Below, one piece after another: positions 19,119 to 30,137 of a stretch of DNA of 64,000 nt (the first letter of the stretch is position 1; each line of letters starts with the position of its first letter). The stretch lies in the NCBI GenBank assembly GCA_965248535.1, contig CBDFJR010000002.1:480001-544000 (forward strand), read 5' to 3'. The stretch comes from Phormidesmis sp. (GTDB lineage Bacteria > Cyanobacteriota > Cyanobacteriia > Leptolyngbyales > Leptolyngbyaceae). The notes under the pieces were generated by a model. That model was not told the DNA's origin, made no database searches, and was given only the letters and a program-made list of their open reading frames with translations. The position numbers and the translations under genes are program-made.

Positions 19119-19718
19119 ATGAATTTTTCAGAAATGGATCAATTGCCTGCTGCTTTACAGACCGTCGCAACCTATCAACCTCTGTCAAACGGAGAAATTC
19201 TCTTTCACGGCGGTGAAGCCTCGCGATCGATTTACGCTGTGAAATCGGGGCAGATTCGACTGCTGCACTACACCAAAAGCGGTCAATCGATTAGCCATTA
19301 TGCGGTTAGGGCAGGCGAACTCTGTGCAGAAGTGTCCCTGTTTCTAGAGTCCTATACGTGTAGCGCGATCGCTGAAGAACCCACTCAAGTCTTGGTCTTT
19401 CCCAAGCTGGCTTTTTTGAGTGCCCTTCAGCAAAACTCTGAGTTTGCGATCGCCTTCATTATGCAATTGTCCTATCGATTGCACACCACAAAAGTCATGG
19501 TCGAGCTACGCAGCATTCGCTCTGCTCAAGAACGAGTTCTTCACTATTTGCGCTTGCTCGCGCTGTCTGACGAAAACACCGTCGCCTTAGAACAACCCCT
19601 TAAAGATATTGCTTTAGATTTGGGGATCAGTCCTGAAGCGCTATCTCGGACGCTCACCCAACTCGAAAGTGACGGAGCCATCGTTCGCAAAAAACGCAGA
19701 ATCACCCTGCTGGAATAA
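19119..19718 (+). CDS. Crp/Fnr family transcriptional regulator
   Basis: cNMP-binding domain (LFHGGE, VKSGQIRL) and HTH GISPEALSRTL with E--SR. Confidence 0.9.
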   Translation: MNFSEMDQLPAALQTVATYQPLSNGEILFHGGEASRSIYAVKSGQIRLLHYTKSGQSISHYAVRAGELCAEVSLFLESYTCSAIAEEPTQVLVFPKLAFLSALQQNSEFAIAFIMQLSYRLHTTKVMVELRSIRSAQERVLHYLRLLALSDENTVALEQPLKDIALDLGISPEALSRTLTQLESDGAIVRKKRRITLLE

Positions 19719-19779
19719 GCGCGATCTCAGTGAATTCTCAATTCTTTTTGCTTAAAAGAATGTAAAGAATCTGCCGAAC

Positions 19780-19793
19780 TTGATTTGAATCAA
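19780..19793. promoter_or_regulatory. FNR-type box TTGAT-N4-ATCAA
   Basis: Exact TTGATTTGAATCAA; TATGGT at 19813-19818 could be a -10 for the kinase gene. Confidence 0.6.
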
Positions 19794-19866
19794 AGACCGC
19801 ACCGGGTGCCGCTATGGTAGTCTCAGTGCAACAATTTGAACCCTTGCGAAATCTGGTTGCAGTAGC

Positions 19867-21099
19867 ATGACTGACTGGCACAGCGTTCTAGAGTCATTGA
19901 CCACGTTGAGTTATCGATCCCATAACCTCAGCAGCTATCTGCACGACATCACCTGCGGAGTCAGTCAATTGCTCAACTCAGATTGGTCGATCGTCACCCT
20001 CAATCACGGATCAACGGGGCAAATCGTCGCCAGCAACCTAGACCTAGATGACTCAGAGACGGGGTTTGCAGCCCATGAGAGCGTCTCAGAAGTTGTGGTG
20101 CAAAGTGGGCAGCCTTATTTTATTGAAGATGCCCAACAATATCCCGCCGAAGTGGGGCGCATGGCAGGCTATGTCTGCTATTTGGGGGTGCCCCTGCGGA
20201 TTTCCCAAGGAGACGTGATCGGCACAATTTGTTCCTTTAGTCAGCAGCCCCAGCACTATGATCCTGAGATTATTTCTACTGTAGAACTGTTTGCAGAACG
20301 GGCAGCCACCGCGATCGACAACTATCGACTCTATCAACAACAGCAGCAGTTTAATGATCTGCTAGAAGCCGAAGTCACCAAACGCACGATGGAACTGAGA
20401 GCCGCCCAAGCAAAGCTGATCGAGCACGAACGGCTGGCAGCGATCGGGGAATTTGCCGCGATGATTGTTCACGAAATTCGCAATCCTCTCACGACGGTTC
20501 AAATGGGTTTAACTTATTTCAAGAAGCTCGATCTGCCCCCACCTGCTCAAACGCGACTCTCGCTAGCGCTGGATGAATCAGAGCGATTGGCCAATCTCTT
20601 GCAGGAAATCTTATCCTATTCAAAACCTCAGATTTTGCAGCTTTCTGAAATCAATATTGATACCTTGATTCAGGAGTTATTAATTTCTCTGCGATCGCTG
20701 CCCGAATCCCAAGAGCGTTCGATCGAGTATTACCCTTCGCATTTGCCTATTGTGGTGGTGGGCGATCGCGATAAATTAAAACAAGTATTCATCAATCTAG
20801 TTCGTAATGCCTGTGAAGCCGTTAAACCGGGTGACACCATCCAATGGTCAGTCACCGACAACAGCGTGTTAAATCAGGTGGCGATCGCCGTTCAAAATCG
20901 TGGCTCTCCCATTCCGGCTGAGGTGTTGCCACGGTTAACTCAGCCCTTCTACTCCACCAAAGCAGAAGGCACCGGACTCGGCTTGGCGATCGTCAAGCGC
21001 ATCGTAGACGCTCACAACGGTGAGCTTCTGATCGAGTCATCCGACGCTAAAGGAACCATCTTTAGCGTCCAACTACCGCTTAAACGAGAGTTGACTTAG
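19867..21099 (+). CDS. GAF-domain sensor histidine kinase
   Basis: GAF (YLGVPL..IGTIC), H-box HEIRNPL, N-box NLVRNA, G-box GTGLGL. Confidence 0.92.
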   Translation: MTDWHSVLESLTTLSYRSHNLSSYLHDITCGVSQLLNSDWSIVTLNHGSTGQIVASNLDLDDSETGFAAHESVSEVVVQSGQPYFIEDAQQYPAEVGRMAGYVCYLGVPLRISQGDVIGTICSFSQQPQHYDPEIISTVELFAERAATAIDNYRLYQQQQQFNDLLEAEVTKRTMELRAAQAKLIEHERLAAIGEFAAMIVHEIRNPLTTVQMGLTYFKKLDLPPPAQTRLSLALDESERLANLLQEILSYSKPQILQLSEINIDTLIQELLISLRSLPESQERSIEYYPSHLPIVVVGDRDKLKQVFINLVRNACEAVKPGDTIQWSVTDNSVLNQVAIAVQNRGSPIPAEVLPRLTQPFYSTKAEGTGLGLAIVKRIVDAHNGELLIESSDAKGTIFSVQLPLKRELT

Positions 21100-21152
21100 C
21101 TCAAATCTTGCACCCAAATTTTGATCCCTCAAACCAACCTCTAGGAGAAGTC

Positions 21153-21650
21153 ATGAAACGTCTTATTTACGGTAGTGTCTCTGCTCTTTTATTTTCAGCC
21201 GCCGCGATCGCGCCCAGTTTGGCCACTCCTGCCCCCAAACTTGAAGCGATCGCCATGAGCCAAATGGAATTTAACTTCACGGCTCCGTTTATCAGCAGTT
21301 CGGGGCTATTAGGAAATCATCACCTGATTCGGATCACGGTGATTGGAATGTCTTTAGAAGATGTGATGATTAGAATTCCGCCCCAAATGTCCAAATATGG
21401 ACAGATTACCGTTACCGACGAATCGGGTCAAACAGTTCCCGCAAAAATCACCGACAACAAAGGACAGGTGGCGATCGTCTTCAGTCAGCCCATTCAGCCA
21501 GGTCATATCCTCAAAATTGATATTCCAGGGGTGCAAACTGAGCTAGAAGAAGGCGATATCTTGCTCTATGGCATTACGGCCAAGCGAGTCGGTGCTAACG
21601 GTCAAATTCCAGTCGGCACCGCGAGAATTCAAGTTCCTAGCAGAGGCTAG
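21153..21650 (+). CDS. DUF2808-like exported protein
   Basis: AGGAG RBS before ATG 21153; signal peptide; F..PI.PG..L and G..IPVGTA motifs. Confidence 0.6.
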   Translation: MKRLIYGSVSALLFSAAAIAPSLATPAPKLEAIAMSQMEFNFTAPFISSSGLLGNHHLIRITVIGMSLEDVMIRIPPQMSKYGQITVTDESGQTVPAKITDNKGQVAIVFSQPIQPGHILKIDIPGVQTELEEGDILLYGITAKRVGANGQIPVGTARIQVPSRG

Positions 21651-21692
21651 AACGCCTCATGTTTGAGCGTTGCCGCTAGGTATAAATGGCTT

Positions 21693-21735
21693 AAGCCCCC
21701 CTTACCTCTTCTCTACGAGCTGGTAAGGGGGGCTT
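21693..21735 (+). terminator. Intrinsic terminator
   Basis: 14-bp stem AAGCCCCCCTTACC/GGTAAGGGGGGCTT followed by TGTGT. Confidence 0.65.
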
Positions 21736-22023
21736 TGTGTAGTGATGTTCAATTGCGTCAGTGCAGAGCAATTCATGACAGCTAGGCGCAGTAAGGAATA
21801 GACCTCCGGCACAAATCTGAACGGCCCTCCTCATGGAGTGGGGCGAAACCACCAGATTTTCTCTCCAAGGAGAAGCTAGACCCTCTTGTTGTGCCGCTTG
21901 GTCATTGAAGGCACAGTTAGCGCATATCTGTCAGTATTAAATACTCAAGCGTTGTAACGCAGCGAACTGAAAGCCATTGAGAAAATAGTAAGTGCTAAAC
22001 TAGCTTGAAATCAGTACGAAAAA

Positions 22024-23479
22024 ATGTTTATGTTGTGGCAACCGATAGAAGATTTACCGTCGAACTGGCAAGATTTGGCAAGTTCTGAGTTGCCACCTCT
22101 AGTGACGGTTTGGAACGAGCAGGCAGATCGCTTACGTCAATCTGGTGAGTTCCAGTCTTTCAATGAGAAGCTACGCAGAGAAATAGCTATTGAAACTGGA
22201 ATAATTGAGCGTTTATACACCATAGATCGCGGTGTTACTCGTTTGTTGATTGAACAAGGAATCAATGAAGCGTTGATTCCTCATGGAGCAACAGATCGTC
22301 CTATCAGACAAGTAGTTTCACTTATCAAAGATCAAGAAGCCGCAATTGAAGGATTATTCGATTTTGTAAGTGGACAAAGACACGTCAAACTTTTACATAA
22401 AGCAGTTACATCAACTTCTAACTCAGAGTCAGGACAGCGAATCTAGACCCACTTACAGAAAGGATATTCCGTGTCTCCTTAATTAAAGGGGACTGGAAAC
22501 GTCAACCTAACAATCCTCTAAGACAAGATGGCACTGTTCATGAGTACTGTCCTCCTGAGCAAGTTACATCTGAGATGGATACATTAATTTCGCTACATCA
22601 TCAAATCGCGACCAAAAAATCCCTCCTGAAATCGAATCAGCATGGCGCATCATCGGTTCACTCAAATTCACCCATTTCAGGATGGTAATGGTCGTGTTGC
22701 TCGTTGTTTAGCTAGTCTAGTCTTCATTCAATCTAGCTTCCCTTTGGTTCTCACTCGCGATGATCGAGCAGTTTATATTGCAGGACTAGAAGCAGCAGAT
22801 CGATTTATCTGACTTGGTTAACCTCTTTGCCAAAAGCCAAAAGCAGGCTTTTCTGAGAAGCCTTGGTCTATCAGAGCAAGTTCTATCGGAGGCACGACGA
22901 ACTCAGGTTATCATTTCCTCTATTGCTGATAAACTGAGACAAAACCAGTCAGCATCTATTCAAGAGCGGTGCAAGAAAGCTGAAAGTTTTGCCACAAATT
23001 TATTTGATATAGCTTCTAGCCGATTACAGAATGTTGCTGATGAAATTAGACTATCTGTTCAAAATTTTGTAAGCGATGCACAAGTTTTTACGAGTTCTGC
23101 TCGTGCTGGCGATCCTCGCTCCTATTATCATCGCTACCAAATTGTGGAGACAGCTAAACAATTAGGTTACTTTGCTAATCTTCGGAACTATCATACCTGG
23201 ATTCAGTTAGTTATTAATGTAGAAACATCAACAACACTTCTCCTTTCATTTCATGCTCTTGGACATGAATATCGAGGGCTGCTTGTGTGTACTGCTTGTG
23301 CTTATCATAGAGATGATGCTGAGGAGGGCGAACGCAACATTAGCGATATTCAAACCCTGGCTGATTCTCCATTTCAGTTCTCCTACGCCGATGAAGAAGA
23401 GAATTTGGTAGAGCGTTTTAAGCAGGGGTTGGAAGATATAATTTTGACTGGGTTAGAATACTGGAACAAAAGTATTTAG
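22024..23479 (+). pseudogene. Fic/Doc family gene broken by several frameshifts
   Basis: N-terminal ORF 22024-22446 (AIETGIIE), Fic motif HPFQDGNGRVAR encoded from 22669, C-terminal ORF 22814-23479 in another frame. Confidence 0.8.
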
Positions 23480-23617
23480 GCAGACCACGCTGTGATGATG
23501 TGCGAGCATTGCTGAATTCAGATATGCATGGCCAAATTTGACCTCACCCTTACCAAGAAGGAGAGGAAACCAGAACTCTAGCTCTCCTCTGCTTGGGGGC
23601 GGGAGTCATTCATATCA

Positions 23618-25009
23618 TCATTCAGCAATGCCTGGATCGTCCACGCGCGATCGTCGCCCATACCATCTCAGCAACACCCGCGCCAACCGCTCCGAGTCGT
23701 GACGCACCCATCCCGTCTCGGCATCTTCGTGCATTACGTCCGCCCGAATGATGCGCCGCCCCAGCTTCATCACAGCATCGCGATCCAGCCCCACCGGGTG
23801 AGACTGCTCTTCAGCATAGCGAATCAACGCCCGCGCCGATGGTGGCTGCTTTTGCACCAACACTGCATCAAATAACGACTTGCCACAGGCGAGATCGATG
23901 GCTCGAATATGGTCTGCCACGCTGTAGCCATCCGTTTCGCCCGGCTGGGTCATGATGTTGCACACATAAACACAGGGCACCTGACGATCGGCGATCGCCG
24001 CCGCGATTTCGGGCGCTAACAGGTTAGGAATCACGCTGGTATAGAGACTTCCCGGCCCGATCACAATATAGTCCGCTTTATAAATGGCTTCTAGCGCTCT
24101 CGGCAAAGCAGGCGGGTTAGGGGGCGTGCAGCCGATTCTCACGATCTTGCCGTTAGCTTCGGTGATGCTCGATTCACCTTCGATGCGTCGTCCGTCTTCA
24201 AGCTCTGCCCAGAGGCGCACATCGCTGAGAGTCGCAGGCAACACCTGCCCTCGCACGGCTAGAACTTTAGAACTGGCGGTGATCGCTTGCTCAAAATCTC
24301 CGGTGATGTCGCTCAAAACCGTGAGAAACAAATTTCCAAAGCTGTGCCCGACCAATCCATCGCCTGCTTTAAATCGATATTGAAACAGTTCTGTTAGTAA
24401 TTTTTCTTCGTCTGCTAGCGCCGCGATGCAGTTGCGAATGTCTCCGGGCGGCAGCACGCCAATCTCACGCCGCAGTCGCCCTGATGAGCCGCCATCATCT
24501 GCCACGGTGACGATCGCCGTAATATTCGCACTCGATCGCTTCAACCCTCGCAGCAGCGTAGACAGCCCGGTGCCGCCCCCGATCGTCACAATTCTCGGGC
24601 CGCGATTTAACCGCCGCGCCGTCAGCAGCACATCGACTAGCTCTTCATCGCGATCGGTCATCAACACATTCGTGAGCGATCCAAAGGTGCGAGTTTGCCC
24701 CCACAGCACCAGCAGCACTCCTGCGATTAAAACCAGTGGGCCGCTCACATAGCTCGGCAACAGGCGAGTCAACTTTTCTAGCACATCGGCAGAAAACTGC
24801 ATCAGATAAAAGATCGGAGTCAGCTTGACCCAAATCGCCAGCCCCAAACTGACCAGCAGCACCCCCCCAGCGCTCATCAACATCCAGCGTTTGACCAACA
24901 GCCCCGGAGCGAGCCACTTAAACCACTGCCCCAGGCGGCTCGGAGCCAAATGGCGAGATTCTTGCCTGATTGTCTGCATGGTCTGCTTGAATAAACGGTT
25001 TGCTGTCAT
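23618..25009 (-). CDS. yvcK: YvcK/GlmR (CofD-related, UPF0052) protein
   Basis: [44 protein letters not shown]. Confidence 0.9.
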   Translation of the reverse strand: MTANRLFKQTMQTIRQESRHLAPSRLGQWFKWLAPGLLVKRWMLMSAGGVLLVSLGLAIWVKLTPIFYLMQFSADVLEKLTRLLPSYVSGPLVLIAGVLLVLWGQTRTFGSLTNVLMTDRDEELVDVLLTARRLNRGPRIVTIGGGTGLSTLLRGLKRSSANITAIVTVADDGGSSGRLRREIGVLPPGDIRNCIAALADEEKLLTELFQYRFKAGDGLVGHSFGNLFLTVLSDITGDFEQAITASSKVLAVRGQVLPATLSDVRLWAELEDGRRIEGESSITEANGKIVRIGCTPPNPPALPRALEAIYKADYIVIGPGSLYTSVIPNLLAPEIAAAIADRQVPCVYVCNIMTQPGETDGYSVADHIRAIDLACGKSLFDAVLVQKQPPSARALIRYAEEQSHPVGLDRDAVMKLGRRIIRADVMHEDAETGWVRHDSERLARVLLRWYGRRSRVDDPGIAE

Positions 25010-25325
25010 TGCGGCTCTATACCCCGGAACGGAAGGAAGGCTGACCAGAATTTTATAGAAATCACTTGCCTTTGACAGCAGGATAACTCAAGTTTCCCAT
25101 TCCTAATTGACAATAGAGAAGGAGGAAAGGTAGAACCAGAACCCTTGGTTTCACTTTAGAAAAAGGAAGAAGAAGGATTCTGATAAAGTCATAGAGGCGA
25201 CCGATCGAAATCATTGTCTTGAGCCAGTGGTTTTATGATTAGAACGATAATGCTCTTGAATCTGAATCGCTTTCTCGATCGCCAGTTCCCGATTTTCTCT
25301 AACCCTGTGATCTAAGTCTCAATCG

Positions 25326-26105
25326 ATGAGTGAACCGTTGATCGAACTGAAGGGAGTTTCTAAATCTTTTGGACAAACTATTGTCCTAGATCAGGCTGAT
25401 CTGACGATCTATCGCGGCGAAGCTGTCGCCATTATCGGCCCATCCGGCACGGGCAAGTCTACTGTGCTGAGAATTATGGCTGGGCTGCTGGCTCCTGATG
25501 CGGGCGAAGTCTATATCGGGGGACAACGGCGAAAAGGGCTGATCGAAGACGCAGCCGACCCGATCAATATCAGCATGGTGTTTCAGCAAGCGGCGTTGTT
25601 TGACTCGCTGACGGTCGAAGAAAACGTCGGGTTCTCACTCTATCAACGATCGCGGCTGCCAAGACGACAAATTCGCGAACTCGTGGCGCAGCGACTAGAG
25701 ATGGTGGGCTTATCGGGCATTCACGATCTCTACCCCGCCGCCCTCTCTGGGGGGATGCGAAAACGGGTCAGCTTTGCTCGTGCGATCATGTCAAACCCAC
25801 TCAACCCAGAGGATACGCCAGACATGTTACTCTACGATGAACCGACCGCAGGGCTTGACCCGATCGCCTCTACCGTGATCGAAAATTTGGTTAGACATCT
25901 CAATGACCAAAGCGGTTGCCAAAGCTATGTGATGGTGACTCACCAAGAAAGCACGATTCGTCGGACGGCCGATCGAGTGCTCTTTTTACATCAAGGCAAA
26001 GTGCAGTGGCAGGGCAAAGTTCATGAGCTTGACAGCACTGACAATCCACTGATTCGCCAGTTTTTGAGCGGTAGTGTCGAAGGACCCATACAGGTGGTTG
26101 GATAA
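25326..26105 (+). CDS. mlaF: MlaF/TGD3-type ABC ATPase
   Basis: GPSGTGKS, LSGGMRKRV, YDEPTAGLDP; upstream of an MCE gene. Confidence 0.85.
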   Translation: MSEPLIELKGVSKSFGQTIVLDQADLTIYRGEAVAIIGPSGTGKSTVLRIMAGLLAPDAGEVYIGGQRRKGLIEDAADPINISMVFQQAALFDSLTVEENVGFSLYQRSRLPRRQIRELVAQRLEMVGLSGIHDLYPAALSGGMRKRVSFARAIMSNPLNPEDTPDMLLYDEPTAGLDPIASTVIENLVRHLNDQSGCQSYVMVTHQESTIRRTADRVLFLHQGKVQWQGKVHELDSTDNPLIRQFLSGSVEGPIQVVG

Positions 26106-26109
26106 GCCT

Positions 26110-27303
26110 ATGCGATCGCGAATGGTTCGAGAAGGCTCAGTAGGACTGCTGATCTTAGGCGGCTTAGGGCTATTTGGCGGGTTGATTCTCTGGCTGCGAG
26201 GGCTAAACCCTGGCAATCGCAGCTTCTCAGTGACGGTAGAGTTTTCAACGACGGGCGGCGTTCAGCCCGGTTCGCCCGTCCGCTATCGAGGGGTGACCGT
26301 CGGCAGAATTAGTCGCATCACGCCTGATCCCAACGGGGTGGCGGTGCAAATTGACATTGCGCCTGCTGATTTGATCATTCCTCGTGACTCAGACGTGACG
26401 GTCAATCAGTCGGGGCTGCTGGGTGAAACCGTTTTAGATATTGTCCCTCGCAAGCCGTTGCCCGATGGCGCGACGGCGGCAAAACCCCTCGATCGTGACT
26501 GCAATAAAGAACTGATCCTCTGCGAAGGCTCTCGCATCAATGGTGCGTTGGGCATTAGCACCGATGAGCTAGTGCGGGCGAGCATCAAGTTTGCCACGGT
26601 TTATAGCGATCCGCAGTTTACGGGCAATATCAATTCGTTAACCAAAAACAGCAGTGATGCGGCGGCTCAGATCACCGTGTTGAGCAAAGAGGTGACGGGT
26701 TTAGTCAAATCAGCCAAGCAAGAAGTCAGCACGTTTTCGGGCACGGCGAAATCGATCAGCAATGCGGCCGATCAGTTTGGGCTGACGATCGCTCAGGTCA
26801 ATAGTTTAATCACGGCTAATCGAGCCACCTTGGTTTCGACGTTAGACAATCTCAATCAGACCAGCGGACAGTTGCGAGTGACCGTGACAAAGCTGAGTCC
26901 GACTCTCGATCGCATTCAGCAGGGGCAACTGATTCAAAACCTTGAAACGCTGTCTGCAAACGCGGCTCAGGCCTCCACCAATCTGCGCGATGTGTCTGTC
27001 AGGCTGAACAATCCTGCTAATCTGACGGTTTTGCAGCAGACTCTCGACTCTGCTAGGGCGACGTTTCAAAATGCCCAAAAGATCACGGCAGATTTAGACG
27101 AGTTGACGGGCGACCCTCAACTGCGCGACGATCTGCGAATTTTAATTAAGGGGCTGAGGGGTTTAACGTCTTCGACTCAGCAATTGCAGCAGCAGGCGCA
27201 GGTTTCTCAGGTGCTCGCACCGTTGGCGACGAGTCAACCCTCAGTGTTACAACCTCCGGCAGCGAGTGAAGTCGTTGAACCCGCTTCGAGTCCCGCCAAA
27301 TAG
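26110..27303 (+). CDS. mlaD: MlaD/MCE family protein (Ycf22/TGD2-like)
   Basis: REGSVGL TM anchor, G.PVRYRGV.VG MCE motif, helical C-terminus. Confidence 0.85.
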   Translation: MRSRMVREGSVGLLILGGLGLFGGLILWLRGLNPGNRSFSVTVEFSTTGGVQPGSPVRYRGVTVGRISRITPDPNGVAVQIDIAPADLIIPRDSDVTVNQSGLLGETVLDIVPRKPLPDGATAAKPLDRDCNKELILCEGSRINGALGISTDELVRASIKFATVYSDPQFTGNINSLTKNSSDAAAQITVLSKEVTGLVKSAKQEVSTFSGTAKSISNAADQFGLTIAQVNSLITANRATLVSTLDNLNQTSGQLRVTVTKLSPTLDRIQQGQLIQNLETLSANAAQASTNLRDVSVRLNNPANLTVLQQTLDSARATFQNAQKITADLDELTGDPQLRDDLRILIKGLRGLTSSTQQLQQQAQVSQVLAPLATSQPSVLQPPAASEVVEPASSPAK

Positions 27304-27425
27304 AAATGATCGTGCTCACGACAGGAATGATCGCGCAGGAATGACTCACGACAGGAATGATCGCACTCACGACAGGAATGACGCACTTACAACAGGAATG
27401 ATCGTGCTCACAACAGGAATGATCG
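27303..27425. repeat. Degenerate ~21-bp tandem repeat built from heptamers
   Basis: CAGGAATGA at 27322, 27336, 27352, 27373, 27393, 27414. Confidence 0.85.
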
Positions 27426-27472
27426 CCCGCCAAATCTGTCTTTAGGGTGCACCCATACCCGTAGACTGGTGA

Positions 27473-28456
<984 letters not shown>

Positions 28457-28498
28457 TTAGAGGTCAAAATTCTCATCTACATCGACGATCGATCGGGC

Positions 28499-28786
28499 CT
28501 AGCTCCAGTCGTCTCGCTTGGCCCCACGACCTTTATAAACTTGAGCCACGGCGTGAATTTCACGAGTCTTCTCATAGAGGGACTCTTCAGTCAGGTGCCA
28601 CTGGCTCAACACTTTCTCTAAGTCGGATTGAATGTCTCGCGCCCCCGGAAAGCCCTTATAGCGAATCTTCAGCCGAGCTAGCTCTGCCAGATTATAGTCT
28701 GTCGGTTCACCGCTCAAAAGGGCATCTGTGACCTGGCGATCGCTGCTCCATTGGGGGTGCCGTTGCTCTTTGTTTTCTTCTGCCAT
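28499..28786 (-). CDS. DUF3288-like cyanobacterial protein
   Basis: Q.HPQW..DR, ELARL.IRY.GFPGARDIQ. Confidence 0.8.
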   Translation of the reverse strand: MAEENKEQRHPQWSSDRQVTDALLSGEPTDYNLAELARLKIRYKGFPGARDIQSDLEKVLSQWHLTEESLYEKTREIHAVAQVYKGRGAKRDDWS

Positions 28787-28854
28787 GATTGCCCCGATCG
28801 CCGATAAACACCGTGATTATGATAATACGTCGATCGTCCCATCGAGAGAAGGAT

Positions 28855-30060
28855 TTAGGGCGAAGGCAGCAAGGGCGATCGCTGCGTCGCAAAATTGCTG
28901 GGAATGCGAATCCGGCTTTTGCGATCGTGGTGGTGCGATAGCAAATCACCATAGAGGGCAACAAGTTGGGTGATATTGCGGCTCAAAGTGTAGCGCTCCT
29001 CAGCCCGCTGCCGCGCTTTTTGCCCCAGCAGGTCTGTCCAACTCTGGTGATCGCGCAGTTGGGGCAACAGCGTTTTGAGCTGAGAGGCCACGCCTTGAGT
29101 GTTAATGATCACGCCAGCCTCGTCTTCTAGCACCTCGCCATCTGCCCCCGCATCGGTGGCCACGCAGGCCACTCCGCAGGCCATCGCTTCTAAAAGCGAC
29201 AGAGATAGCCCTTCTACTAGCGAAGGCAGCACAAAGACATCAGTGCCTCTAAGAATCTCAATCCGCTGCTGCTCGTCGGCAATAAAGCCCTGCCAGACGA
29301 TCCCATGTTCTTCGCCATAGAAGGGGATCAGAGACGAGGCTAAGGTGCCGTGGTTGCCGACGATCACCAGTTTGCTGTGTTCGCCCATTTCGGACTGTTT
29401 CCAGGCTTTGAGCAGAGACTCTACGTTTTTCTCAGGGGCGATGCGACCTTGATAGAGAAAGACGCGATCGGTGCCCAATCGCTGCTTAAAATCGGATGGC
29501 CCCGGAGAATATTTAGTAGTGTCAACGCCGTTGGGGATCACGGCAATGCGGTCAGCGGGCACACCCAACTTGATCAAAATATCGCGCTGAATCTGAGAAA
29601 AAATGATGATGCGATCGTACTTGGCCAGCGACGGGGCATAGAGTTGATACATCAAATGCTGAGTGCCAGAAGTCAGGTTGCGCCGCTTGCGATCGAAGGG
29701 GGGGTGAAACGTGGCAACCAAGGGCAAATTCAGCTTTTGACAGATCTCCGGCAGCAAAAAGTCTAAAGGAGACAGCGTAAGCGATGCGTGCACCAAATCG
29801 GGTTTAGGCGAGAGGTCTTGCAGCGCTTGAATCAGCACCTTACTCGACTTCCAATTGGGAACCGTGTAGATCTGAGACTTATAGAGAAACGGAATCGAAA
29901 CTTCGTGAATATCGGGCCAGTTATCAGGAGCTTCTTCCTCTTGGGCAAAGTGAAAGAAGCTAACTTGATGATCGTGTTCTAATAGCCCGTTGGTGACTTC
30001 TCGACCATAGGTGACATTGCCACAAAATGGCGTTTTTTTGCCCAGCCAAGCGATGTGCAT
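28855..30060 (-). CDS. Glycosyltransferase family 4
   Basis: HIAWLGKKTPFCGNV, IPNGVD, GRIAPEKN, EGLSLSLLEAMA. Confidence 0.9.
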   Translation of the reverse strand: MHIAWLGKKTPFCGNVTYGREVTNGLLEHDHQVSFFHFAQEEEAPDNWPDIHEVSIPFLYKSQIYTVPNWKSSKVLIQALQDLSPKPDLVHASLTLSPLDFLLPEICQKLNLPLVATFHPPFDRKRRNLTSGTQHLMYQLYAPSLAKYDRIIIFSQIQRDILIKLGVPADRIAVIPNGVDTTKYSPGPSDFKQRLGTDRVFLYQGRIAPEKNVESLLKAWKQSEMGEHSKLVIVGNHGTLASSLIPFYGEEHGIVWQGFIADEQQRIEILRGTDVFVLPSLVEGLSLSLLEAMACGVACVATDAGADGEVLEDEAGVIINTQGVASQLKTLLPQLRDHQSWTDLLGQKARQRAEERYTLSRNITQLVALYGDLLSHHHDRKSRIRIPSNFATQRSPLLPSP

Positions 30061-30137
30061 TCGAGGTATATCGTAAAAGGATGAATAATCAGACGTTAGC
30101 GGCTGGCGATCGCGGTGAGACGATCCGCAACTAACCC

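Noticed and set aside
27303..27425. Possible CRISPR array or the 95-aa minus-strand ORF 27146-27433
   Set aside because: No unique spacers; the ORF is a by-product of the repeat and overlaps mlaD antisense
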